Made by a program: the position numbers and the translations under genes. The notes beneath the pieces were generated by a model that was not told the origin of the DNA, did not search any database, and was given only the letters and a program-made list of their open reading frames with translations. 64,000 bases of DNA, from contig JACKIC010000007.1 of the NCBI GenBank assembly GCA_020638655.1, forward strand, positions 351,849-415,848, read 5' to 3'. This DNA comes from Planctomycetota bacterium (lineage in GTDB: Bacteria; Planctomycetota; UBA1135; UBA2386). This document shows, piece after piece, positions 46,553-54,574 of this stretch; position 1 is the first letter of the stretch; every line of letters begins with the position of its first letter.

Positions 46553-47104
46553 CCAGTCGACGGCCGCGGCGAGGTCGGCGGCTTCGTGGTCCGGTTCCAT
46601 GCCGGCCTCGCGCAGCAGCGCCCGCTGTTCGGCCGCGGGTTTGCCCGAGCGCACGTGGATCGTGGTCAGCGGCAGGCCGCGGCCCATCAGCAGGTCGCGG
46701 GCGCTGTCGCCGATCAGCACCCCGCCGGCGAACTGCAGGCCGAGCAGTTCCCTGGCTTCGTGCAGCAGGCCGGGCGCCGGCTTGCGGCAGTCACAGGCAT
46801 GGCCGTAGCCGTGGCCGCCGTCGGGCAGGTGGGGGCAGTGCAGATAGGCGCGCGGCAGGCGGTGCAGGCGCTCGTGCAGCGTCGCGTGGATGTGGGCGAG
46901 GTCCGCTTCGGTGTAGAGGCCGCGCGCGATGCCGCTCTGGTTGGTGACCACGACGATCTCGTAGTCCGCCGCGTGCAGCCGGTGCAGCGCGTCGACCACG
47001 CCGGGGAGCACGACCAGGCCTGTGACGTCGCGCACGAAGCTGACCTCGGCGTTGATCGTGCCGTCGCGGTCGAGGAAGGCGACCTTCTTGCCGCGCGGTG
47101 TCAC
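46538..47104 (-). CDS. gmhB: D-glycero-D-manno-heptose 1,7-bisphosphate phosphatase (HAD family)
   Basis: FLDRDGTIN (DxDxT), VVVTNQSGIARG, the zinc-site-like CPHLPDGGHGYGHACDCRKP, and GDSARD. GTG start overlaps the upstream stop (GTGA). Confidence 0.85.
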   Translation of the reverse strand: MTPRGKKVAFLDRDGTINAEVSFVRDVTGLVVLPGVVDALHRLHAADYEIVVVTNQSGIARGLYTEADLAHIHATLHERLHRLPRAYLHCPHLPDGGHGYGHACDCRKPAPGLLHEARELLGLQFAGGVLIGDSARDLLMGRGLPLTTIHVRSGKPAAEQRALLREAGMEPDHEAADLAAAVDWLLGA

Positions 47105-47568
47105 GGCTGCCGCATGGGAGTGCTGCCGCGGCCTTGTTGCAGCAGGTCGAAGCCGAGCAGCGGCTCGTCCTCGCCGTAGAGCCTGCAGTGCAGCTCGCCG
47201 GGCACGATCGCAGCGCGCACGGCGAACGGGAACACGAAGTCGCCGGCGGTCCAGAACAGCGGCAGCGGGGGCAGCACGTCCTCGTAGGCGCCGTCGATCC
47301 ACTTCGAGGTGTAGGTCTCGGTGTACTGCACCAAGAGCCGCTGCTCGGGCCGGTAGCCCTTCTTCTCCAGGCGGATGGCGTGGTTGCCGCCGAGGATGTC
47401 GCCGAGGGACAGGTTCGCGGGCGTGGTCAGGCCGGTGTCGACGCCATCGACCAGGATCCGGGCGCCGAGCGGGTCGCTCGTCACCAGCACGTACTCCTCG
47501 TTGTGGAACCACGTGCAGCCGCCGCACAGGTTGAGCAGGGCGAGGGTCGTGAGCCGGCGCATCGACAT
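47101..47568 (-). CDS. PEGA-domain lipoprotein
   Basis: MSMRRLTTLALLNLCGGC lipobox, then SDPLGARILVDGVDTGLTTPANLSL...HAIRLEKKGYRPE (PEGA pattern). Confidence 0.7.
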   Translation of the reverse strand: MSMRRLTTLALLNLCGGCTWFHNEEYVLVTSDPLGARILVDGVDTGLTTPANLSLGDILGGNHAIRLEKKGYRPEQRLLVQYTETYTSKWIDGAYEDVLPPLPLFWTAGDFVFPFAVRAAIVPGELHCRLYGEDEPLLGFDLLQQGRGSTPMRQP

Positions 47569-47785
47569 GGTCCGGATCCTATCGGCTGCGCGCGCCCCGG
47601 TCGCGCAATGGCTCGGCGCCGGCGCGCCGCCGCCGCTGCGGGAGCCCGCGAAAGACCGCTCGCCTTTGGCCATGAATCCGGTAGCATCGTGCCCCTGTCA
47701 ACGTCTGCCGGTCGCGGGGCGGTCATCCCGGCGATCCATTCCGGCCGGCGCACCACGAGCCCAGGGCGGGCTCCTCGGAGGTCAC

Positions 47786-49018
47786 ATGGTCGTTCGAAAC
47801 AACTGGCGAGCCGCCGCGGTCACGGCGCCTCGTCTCGCCGCGGCGCGCGCCGCGACTCTGCTCTTCCTCGTCGGCATCGGGGCGATCGGCAGCGCGACGC
47901 TGCAGGCTCAGACCCCTGGCTCGCAAGAGCCCGGCCAGAATCCCGGCAGCACGACTCCCGGCAGCACGGTCGAAGCCAGCGCCGCAAAGTCTGCCGACGC
48001 GCAGTTGGGCCGCGTCGTCGCCGAGAAGGTGCAGCTGCGTTGCTGGCCGAGCCAGGTCGCGACACCGCCGATGTTCGAGGACGAGCTGGTCAAGGACGAG
48101 GTCGTCAACGTCGGCGCCGTCGAAGGCGGCTTCCGCCAGGTGATCCTGCCGCTCGGCCCGGTCGGCTACGTCAGCAAGAAGTTCACCGTGACCGGGGCCG
48201 ACGGCGCCGTCGTCACCAAGGGCAACGGCGTGTCGTTCCGCTACCGCCCGCGCAGCACCGAAGCGCCGGTCGACTACCTCGCGGACGCGACGCCGCTGGC
48301 GATCGTCGGCGAGGACGGCGACTGGTGGCGCGCGCGCGCCGCCGGCGTGAAAGCCTGGTTGCCCGAGGCCGAGGTGCAGCTGGTGACGACCCCGAGCGCC
48401 GCCGATCGCGACGCCCTGGCGAAGTCGACGGCCCGTTACCAGGCCGAGGTGCAGGCGCGCCTCGACGCGATCGCGCAACAGGCCAAGGTGGCCGCGCAGA
48501 ACGATGCCGACCTCGCCGCGGTCAAGGTGGTCGAGGACGCGTTCGCGACCGAGATCACCAAGCCCGCGACCGAGCAGAAGTTCGAGCCGCTGACGGTCGC
48601 GCTCGACAAGCTGACTGCGACGCTGAGCGAAGAATCGGCGGCGCGCCCGGCGATCGCCTCGCTGCAGAAGCGCATCGAGACGCAGCGCTGGATCGCCGAG
48701 GCCCTGATCATCCAACAGGACAAGCCGGTGCCGGCAACCGACGTGCAGCCCGTGGTGCAGCCCAAGGACGAGCTCGACCGCTTCCAGTCGATCGGTTGGC
48801 TGCGCTACGAGTCGACCTTCGGCGCGCCGGGCACCTACTACCTCGAGAAGGGCGGCAAGCGCCTGCACGTCGTGACCTGCGCGAGTGGCCGATACGACCT
48901 GGCCCTGTTCCTCGATCGTGAGGTCGGGCTGATCGGCCCGCGTCGCCGGCCGAACACCGAGGGGGTCAGCAACCTCGATGTCGAGCGCATCGAGGTGCTC
49001 GGCGTGCCCAAGCACTGA
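47786..49018 (+). CDS. Secreted protein with SH3b-like beta domains and a central coiled coil
   Basis: A GGAGG motif precedes ATG 47786. Signal peptide ...AATLLFLVGIGAIGSATLQAQ. Repeated V.LRC.P....g..v.v...GW..v motifs. Confidence 0.6.
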   Translation: MVVRNNWRAAAVTAPRLAAARAATLLFLVGIGAIGSATLQAQTPGSQEPGQNPGSTTPGSTVEASAAKSADAQLGRVVAEKVQLRCWPSQVATPPMFEDELVKDEVVNVGAVEGGFRQVILPLGPVGYVSKKFTVTGADGAVVTKGNGVSFRYRPRSTEAPVDYLADATPLAIVGEDGDWWRARAAGVKAWLPEAEVQLVTTPSAADRDALAKSTARYQAEVQARLDAIAQQAKVAAQNDADLAAVKVVEDAFATEITKPATEQKFEPLTVALDKLTATLSEESAARPAIASLQKRIETQRWIAEALIIQQDKPVPATDVQPVVQPKDELDRFQSIGWLRYESTFGAPGTYYLEKGGKRLHVVTCASGRYDLALFLDREVGLIGPRRRPNTEGVSNLDVERIEVLGVPKH

Positions 49019-49058
49019 GTTCGAGCCGCCGGCAGCATCGGCCCCTTGTCATGGGGCG

Positions 49059-50726
49059 ATGCTGCGTCGCGGAACGGGACCGCAGCCGGACGGCGCGGAT
49101 TGCCGAAGGAGGCTGACGAGCCCCTTCGTTCCGCACCGAGTGTCCACGACCGACCGAGTTCCCGCCGCACCGCGCCGTTCCTGCCCATCGCGGTGGGTTG
49201 GGCTCGCCGCGTCGCTGCTGGCCGCCGCGGCGATGCCGGCCCAGGCGCCCGCGCCGCCCGGCGCGTCGGTGCCCCGTGTGCACTGGCTGCAGGAAGGCGA
49301 GGTCCGCCTGCAGCGCGAGGACCCGCTGCTCGCGTGGCAGGCGTTCGAGCGTGCGCTCACCGAGGGCGCGGCCACCGCGTCCTGCCAGCTCGGCCTGGGC
49401 CGGGTGCATCTGATGCTGGGGCGCGCGACCGCGGCCGAACGCTGCGCCGCGGCGGCGTTGCTCGCCGAGCCCGACAACCAGAGCGGCATGGCCTTGCGGG
49501 TGCTGGCCCAGATCCGGGCGCGGGAGTTCGACGCCGCGGCGCGCACCGCGGGGCAGTTCGTGCTGCGCGTCGACGACCCGGGTGCCGAGTTGCTCGCGGC
49601 CCGCGGCTCGGCGCTGTTCCGGGTGCAGCGCACCGACGAGGCCGCCACCACCTACCAGGTCGTGGTGGCGCTCGAACACGACCACGCCGAGGCGCACCTG
49701 CGCCTGGGGTCGGGGCTGTTGCCGCCGACCGAGGTGCGCATCGGGGACGACCTGCGCGACGCCGTGGCCGCGGCGCGCAGCGGCGAGCTGCGGAAGTGCA
49801 TCACCACGCTGCAGCGCGTCGTGCAGCGCGAGCCGGGCAACCCGGTCGCCCACCGGCTGCTCGGTGAGGCGCTGTTCAACCAGCGGTTCGCCAGCAGCAT
49901 GGCGGCGACCGACGAGGCCTTCCGGGTGCTGGCGGCCGCGATGCCCAGGCCGCAGGTCAAGGACGTGCCGACCGCCGACTTCATCCGTGGCTACGCCGAG
50001 CTCGACCGCACCCGCGCCGCGGTGGTCGATGGCGCGGTCGCGCTGTTCGCGTCCCGCCTGCCCAAGCTGATCGCCGTCGGCGGCAGCCACGACCTGCTGC
50101 GCGAACTCGACCGGACCACCGACGCGCCGACGCGCGCGAACCTGCGCGGCCGGCGCACCTTCGACGGCCGGGTGTGGGACGACGTGCGCGGCATCGGCGG
50201 TCTGACCGCGGCGACCGGCATCGAGGCCCTCGACGAGAGCGCGCAGTTCGGCTTCGACACGCTCGCGCACGAACTCGCGCACCAGGTGCATTTCTTCGCC
50301 TTCAACCCGCTGCAGCGGGCGCGCATCAAGGCGCTCTACAACCGCGCGCTGCAGGACGACATGTGCCTGGACTACTACGCCGCGAGCAACGAGGCCGAGT
50401 ACTTCGGTCAGGGCGTCGAGGCGTTCCGCAGCCTGGCCAAACGGCCCGGCGGCGAGACCACACATGGGCACACGCGGTTCGAGCTGTACCGCGTCGACAA
50501 GCCGCTGCACGACTTCATCGCCGGCCTGGTCGACTTCGACCCGCTCGCCGGCAAGGAGCGCCCGGCGGTGCTGCGCGCCGCCTACGCGGTGGCGCTGCGT
50601 TGCGGCCGGCCCGCCGACGCGGTCACCGCCGCCGAGCTGCTGGACGCCGGCGCCGAGCGCGACCGCCTGCTCGAGCAGGCGCAGGAGGCGGTGCGCCAGG
50701 CCGAGCTGCGGATCGAAGAGCGCTGA
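49059..50726 (+). CDS. Secreted TPR-repeat protein with a C-terminal HExxH zinc-peptidase-like domain (MtfA/M90-like)
   Basis: TPR region, then TLAHELAHQVHFF and YYAASNEAEYFGQGVEAF, which resemble the M90 HEFAH...YGATNPAEFFAV pattern. Start uncertain. Confidence 0.55.
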   Translation: MLRRGTGPQPDGADCRRRLTSPFVPHRVSTTDRVPAAPRRSCPSRWVGLAASLLAAAAMPAQAPAPPGASVPRVHWLQEGEVRLQREDPLLAWQAFERALTEGAATASCQLGLGRVHLMLGRATAAERCAAAALLAEPDNQSGMALRVLAQIRAREFDAAARTAGQFVLRVDDPGAELLAARGSALFRVQRTDEAATTYQVVVALEHDHAEAHLRLGSGLLPPTEVRIGDDLRDAVAAARSGELRKCITTLQRVVQREPGNPVAHRLLGEALFNQRFASSMAATDEAFRVLAAAMPRPQVKDVPTADFIRGYAELDRTRAAVVDGAVALFASRLPKLIAVGGSHDLLRELDRTTDAPTRANLRGRRTFDGRVWDDVRGIGGLTAATGIEALDESAQFGFDTLAHELAHQVHFFAFNPLQRARIKALYNRALQDDMCLDYYAASNEAEYFGQGVEAFRSLAKRPGGETTHGHTRFELYRVDKPLHDFIAGLVDFDPLAGKERPAVLRAAYAVALRCGRPADAVTAAELLDAGAERDRLLEQAQEAVRQAELRIEER

Positions 50727-50779
50727 GCTTTCCCGCGGTTGGCTGTCACGATCGTGCCCCTTCTGGGCACAAGGCAGCG

Positions 50780-51454
50780 ATGACAGCTGTCGACATCTAC
50801 GGGCCGCGCGAGCGCATCCTGCAGTTGGGGGAGCCCCGGCTCAGCGACGCCGAATGCCTCGCGCTGCTGCTGCGCACCGGGGTCAGCGGCGAGGCCGCCG
50901 AGCAGATGGGCCAGCGGCTGCTGCGCCGCTTCGGCGGCCTGCCGGGGCTGGCGCTGGCCAGCGTTCGCCAGGTGGCCAAGGAACCCAAGGTCGGCGCGGT
51001 GCGCGCCGCGGCGATCGGCGCGGCGTTCGGTCTGGCGCGGCGGCTCGCCGAGTCGGCGCTGCGCCCCGGCGCCGTCGTGCGGCACAGCGCCGACGTGGCG
51101 CGCATCGTACGGGACTCGGTGCGCGGCTCGCGGCGCGAGAGCTTCTTCGCGGTGCTGCTCGACACGCGGCACCGCGTGCAGGGCCTGCACGTGGTCAGCA
51201 CCGGCGGTCTGGACGGGGCGCCCGTGCATCCGCGCGAGGTCTTCGGGCCGGCGCTGCGCGACGGCGCCGCGGCGATCGTGGTCGCCCACAACCACCCCTC
51301 GGGCGACGCCACGCCGAGCCCCGAGGACCGCGGCGTCACCGGGCGATTGCGCGAGGTCGGCGAACTCGTGGGCATCGAGTTGCTCGACCACCTGGTGGTG
51401 GGGGCCGAGCGCTACTTCAGCTTCGCCGAGGAGCGGTTCCTGGCGCTCGCGTGA
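50780..51454 (+). CDS. radC: RadC-family JAMM-motif protein
   Basis: 224 aa. HhH N-terminus (LSDAECLALLLRTGVSG) and IVVAHNHPSGDATPSPED (JAMM). Confidence 0.9.
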   Translation: MTAVDIYGPRERILQLGEPRLSDAECLALLLRTGVSGEAAEQMGQRLLRRFGGLPGLALASVRQVAKEPKVGAVRAAAIGAAFGLARRLAESALRPGAVVRHSADVARIVRDSVRGSRRESFFAVLLDTRHRVQGLHVVSTGGLDGAPVHPREVFGPALRDGAAAIVVAHNHPSGDATPSPEDRGVTGRLREVGELVGIELLDHLVVGAERYFSFAEERFLALA

Positions 51455-51594
51455 GCGCGCCGCGCCCGTCAGCGCTCTCCGCCGGGATCGCCGATGGGAT
51501 CGGTGCCCGAGCCCTTACGCAAGGCCGTGCGAGCATCGTCCTCGTCGCGGCATGGTTCCCGGCTACACTTCCCGACCTGCTCCGGATCCGCCAC

Positions 51595-52923
51595 ATGTCC
51601 ACGTCAGTATTCCAAGCCCGCCTCGCGGTCGCCCTCTTCGCCGCCAGCGCGACCACGCTGCTCACAGCCCAGGGCACGCAGGACGCGGCGCCCGTCGGCC
51701 AGCCCGCGCGCTGCGGCACGCCCAACACCTTCCAGGGCGGCTCGTTCCTCGACAACCCGGACTGCGACTTCTACCAGACCAACCCGAGCCAGACCTACGC
51801 GCCGACCAGCGTGCAGCGCATCCCGGTGGTCGTGCACGTGATCCAGAACAGCTCGGGCACCGGCAACCTCGGCAACGCCCTGGTGCAGAGCCAGATCACG
51901 GTGCTCAACGAGGACTTCCGCGCGATGAGCGGTACGGCGGGCGCGAACGGCGTCGACAGCCAGATCGAGTTCTTCCTCGCCACGACCGATCCGAACGGTC
52001 AGCCGACGACCGGCATCGTGCACTACACCAACAACACGTGGTTCACCGACGCCGGCGGCTACTACAACTCGATCGCCTGGAACCCGCAGCGCTACCTCAA
52101 CATCTACACCAACAACGCCGGCGGCGGCGGCGTGCTGGGCTACGTGCCGGCGATCCCGCAGTCGGGCAACATCGCGGGCACCGCGGCCGATCGTGTCGTG
52201 ATCCTCTATTCGGCGTTCGGTCGGCCGGGGCTCGGCGGCTCGCCCTACAACCTCGGCCGCACCTGCACGCACGAGGTCGGGCACTACCTGGGCTTGTTCC
52301 ACACCTTCGACAGCGGCTGCGGCTCGTCTTCGGCGTGTTACACGAGCGGCGATCGCATCTGCGACACCAACCCCGAGTCGCAGCCGCGCTACGGCTGCCC
52401 GACCACGGCGACCAGCTGCGGCAGCCTGGACCCGGTGCGCAACTACATGGACTACACCAACGACTCCTGCATGACCGGCTTCTCGGCCGAGCAGGTGCGG
52501 CGCATGCGCTGCACGTTGGTCAGCTACCGTCCCAACCTGGCGCAGCCGGCCGGGCCGATCGCGTCGGCGACCTCGCGCAGCGGCGCCGGCAACCTCAACT
52601 CGGCCTTCTTCGCGACCGCCCCGCGGCTCGGCATGCAGGCCTCGATGAACGTGGTGACGTTCAACACGCCCTACTCCCTGGCGATGGTGCTCGGCTACAC
52701 CGGCGCGGCCAGCCAGCCGTTCAACGGCTACACGGTCCTGATCGACACGCTGTCCGCGCCGGTGCTGCAGATGCCGCTGATGGCCAGCGCGACGGTGGTG
52801 TCCTGGACCTACGCCGTGCCCAACGATCCCGCGCTCGGGGGCCTGCAGATCAAGAGTCAGGGGCTGATGCTCGGCCAGACCTTCGCGCTCACCAACGCGA
52901 TGGATCTGGTGCTCGGCAACTGA
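51595..52923 (+). CDS. Secreted zinc metalloprotease, M43 (pappalysin/ulilysin-like) family, with an uncharacterised C-terminal domain
   Basis: Signal peptide MSTSVFQARLAVALFAASATTLLTAQG, CTHEVGHYLGLFHTF (HExxHxxGxxH), Met-turn NYMDYT, multiple Cys. Confidence 0.85.
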   Translation: MSTSVFQARLAVALFAASATTLLTAQGTQDAAPVGQPARCGTPNTFQGGSFLDNPDCDFYQTNPSQTYAPTSVQRIPVVVHVIQNSSGTGNLGNALVQSQITVLNEDFRAMSGTAGANGVDSQIEFFLATTDPNGQPTTGIVHYTNNTWFTDAGGYYNSIAWNPQRYLNIYTNNAGGGGVLGYVPAIPQSGNIAGTAADRVVILYSAFGRPGLGGSPYNLGRTCTHEVGHYLGLFHTFDSGCGSSSACYTSGDRICDTNPESQPRYGCPTTATSCGSLDPVRNYMDYTNDSCMTGFSAEQVRRMRCTLVSYRPNLAQPAGPIASATSRSGAGNLNSAFFATAPRLGMQASMNVVTFNTPYSLAMVLGYTGAASQPFNGYTVLIDTLSAPVLQMPLMASATVVSWTYAVPNDPALGGLQIKSQGLMLGQTFALTNAMDLVLGN

Positions 52924-52969
52924 CCTTTCTGGCGCCGGCGGCGGTGGTGCGGTATGTGACGATGCCGCG

Positions 52970-54574
52970 TTGAACGACTCGTCCCGAACGTCAACCCGGA
53001 TGCCGACCGAAGCCCTGCCTGTCGAAGACCACCCCGCTGGCATGGATGTCCAGCCGCGGTTCACGGCGCGCCACGGGCTGTGGCTCATCGCGGCGACCCT
53101 GCTCGCGGCGGCGCTGCGGCTGTGGCACCTGGGCGAGTGGTCGTTCTGGGTCGACGAGGCGCACACCTGGCGCGACGTGACCTGGCCGCTGGAGGGCGGA
53201 TCGGGCTTCCTGGGCACCGACCGCGGCAAGTACCCGCTGGCTTTCCTGCTGCTGCACGGGCTGCGCAGCGCCGGCCTGCTCGGCGACGACGAGTTCTCGC
53301 TGCGGCTGCCGTTCGCGCTGCTCGGCATCGCCTCGGTGCCGCTGCTGGCGCTGTGCGGGCGCCGGCTCGTCGGCCCGACCGCCGCCGTGGTCGCGGCGCT
53401 GCTCTGCGCCGTGCACCCGTGGCACATCTTCTGGAGCCAGAATGCGCGCGGCTACATGCTCGTGTTCGTGGCCTCGATCGTGGTCGTCGACCGCGCCGTG
53501 TGCTGGACCCAGCATCGGCGCAAGCGCGACCTGGTCCTGGGCGTGCTCGCGCTGCTGGTCGCCGCGCTGAGCCACCCGACCGGCCTGATCCTCGGCGTCG
53601 GCGTGGGCGCGTTCGTGCTGCTGCTGCCGTTCGCGGGCGCCGACGGGCAACGCCTGCTGCTGGTCGCCGGCATCACCCTCGCGGTCGTGACCGCGGGCTC
53701 GATCCTGATGGCGAAGTTCGGGCCGTACCAGGAGTTCATGGGGTCCAAGGGCACCCCCGCGCCGCTGCACTTCCCGCAGACGGTGGCCTACTACTTCCGC
53801 CCGGCGCTGCTGCTGGCGGCGCTCGGGGGGCTGGTGCTCGCGGGGCTGTGGTGGTCGTCGCTGCGCGGCCTGCTGGTCACGTGCATGCTGCTGGCGCCGT
53901 TCATCGTCCTGCTCGCCATCGGCGGTTCGCTGGTCAAGGCGACCGCGCGCTATGCGTTCTGCACCCTGCCGCTGTGGTTGTTGCTGGCCGGCAAGGCCGG
54001 CGCGCCGTGGCTCGAAGGCGCGCGCGCGAAGGCCGTCCTGCGCACCCTGCCGGCGGCGCTGGTCGGCGCGATCGTCGCGTGCGACCTGGTCACCGAGACG
54101 ATCGCGTACCACCACGAGCAGTTCGGCCAGCGGCCGCGGTGGCGCGAGGCCTGCACGTTCGCGGCCGAGCACGCCCGGGCCCGTGGCGGGCGCGGGGCGC
54201 TGCGCGTGTTGACGATCCTGCACCCGCCCACGGCCTACTACCTGCAGCGCTACCACTGGACCGCGGAAGGCGCGAACATGTACCCCTTGGTCGATCTCGA
54301 GGCGCTGCTGAGGTCGCGCATCGAAGACGGGGAGGGGCCGGCGGGTGCGGAGCACCAGGGCCACCCCTTCCTGCGGCAGCAGCAGGCCGCCGCCGATTCG
54401 CGCGGCGAGGCGCTCGTGGTGATGGTGAAGCTGCCGGAGCTGGCGGAGATCGACGCCGGCGGCGCCTTCCTGCGGGCCTTGCAGGAGGGGTTCGAGCTGG
54501 CGCTCTACCTGCCGTGTTGGGTCGGCCCCAAGGACGAGAGCCTCTACGTGTACGTGCCGAGAGGAGAACGATGA
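52970..54574 (+). CDS. GT-C fold glycosyltransferase (GT39/ArnT/PMT-like), polytopic
   Basis: LRLWHLGEWSFWVDEAHTW (the DE motif in the first periplasmic loop), more than 10 hydrophobic helices, soluble C-terminal domain. The stop overlaps the next start (ATGA). Confidence 0.65.
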   Translation: MNDSSRTSTRMPTEALPVEDHPAGMDVQPRFTARHGLWLIAATLLAAALRLWHLGEWSFWVDEAHTWRDVTWPLEGGSGFLGTDRGKYPLAFLLLHGLRSAGLLGDDEFSLRLPFALLGIASVPLLALCGRRLVGPTAAVVAALLCAVHPWHIFWSQNARGYMLVFVASIVVVDRAVCWTQHRRKRDLVLGVLALLVAALSHPTGLILGVGVGAFVLLLPFAGADGQRLLLVAGITLAVVTAGSILMAKFGPYQEFMGSKGTPAPLHFPQTVAYYFRPALLLAALGGLVLAGLWWSSLRGLLVTCMLLAPFIVLLAIGGSLVKATARYAFCTLPLWLLLAGKAGAPWLEGARAKAVLRTLPAALVGAIVACDLVTETIAYHHEQFGQRPRWREACTFAAEHARARGGRGALRVLTILHPPTAYYLQRYHWTAEGANMYPLVDLEALLRSRIEDGEGPAGAEHQGHPFLRQQQAAADSRGEALVVMVKLPELAEIDAGGAFLRALQEGFELALYLPCWVGPKDESLYVYVPRGER

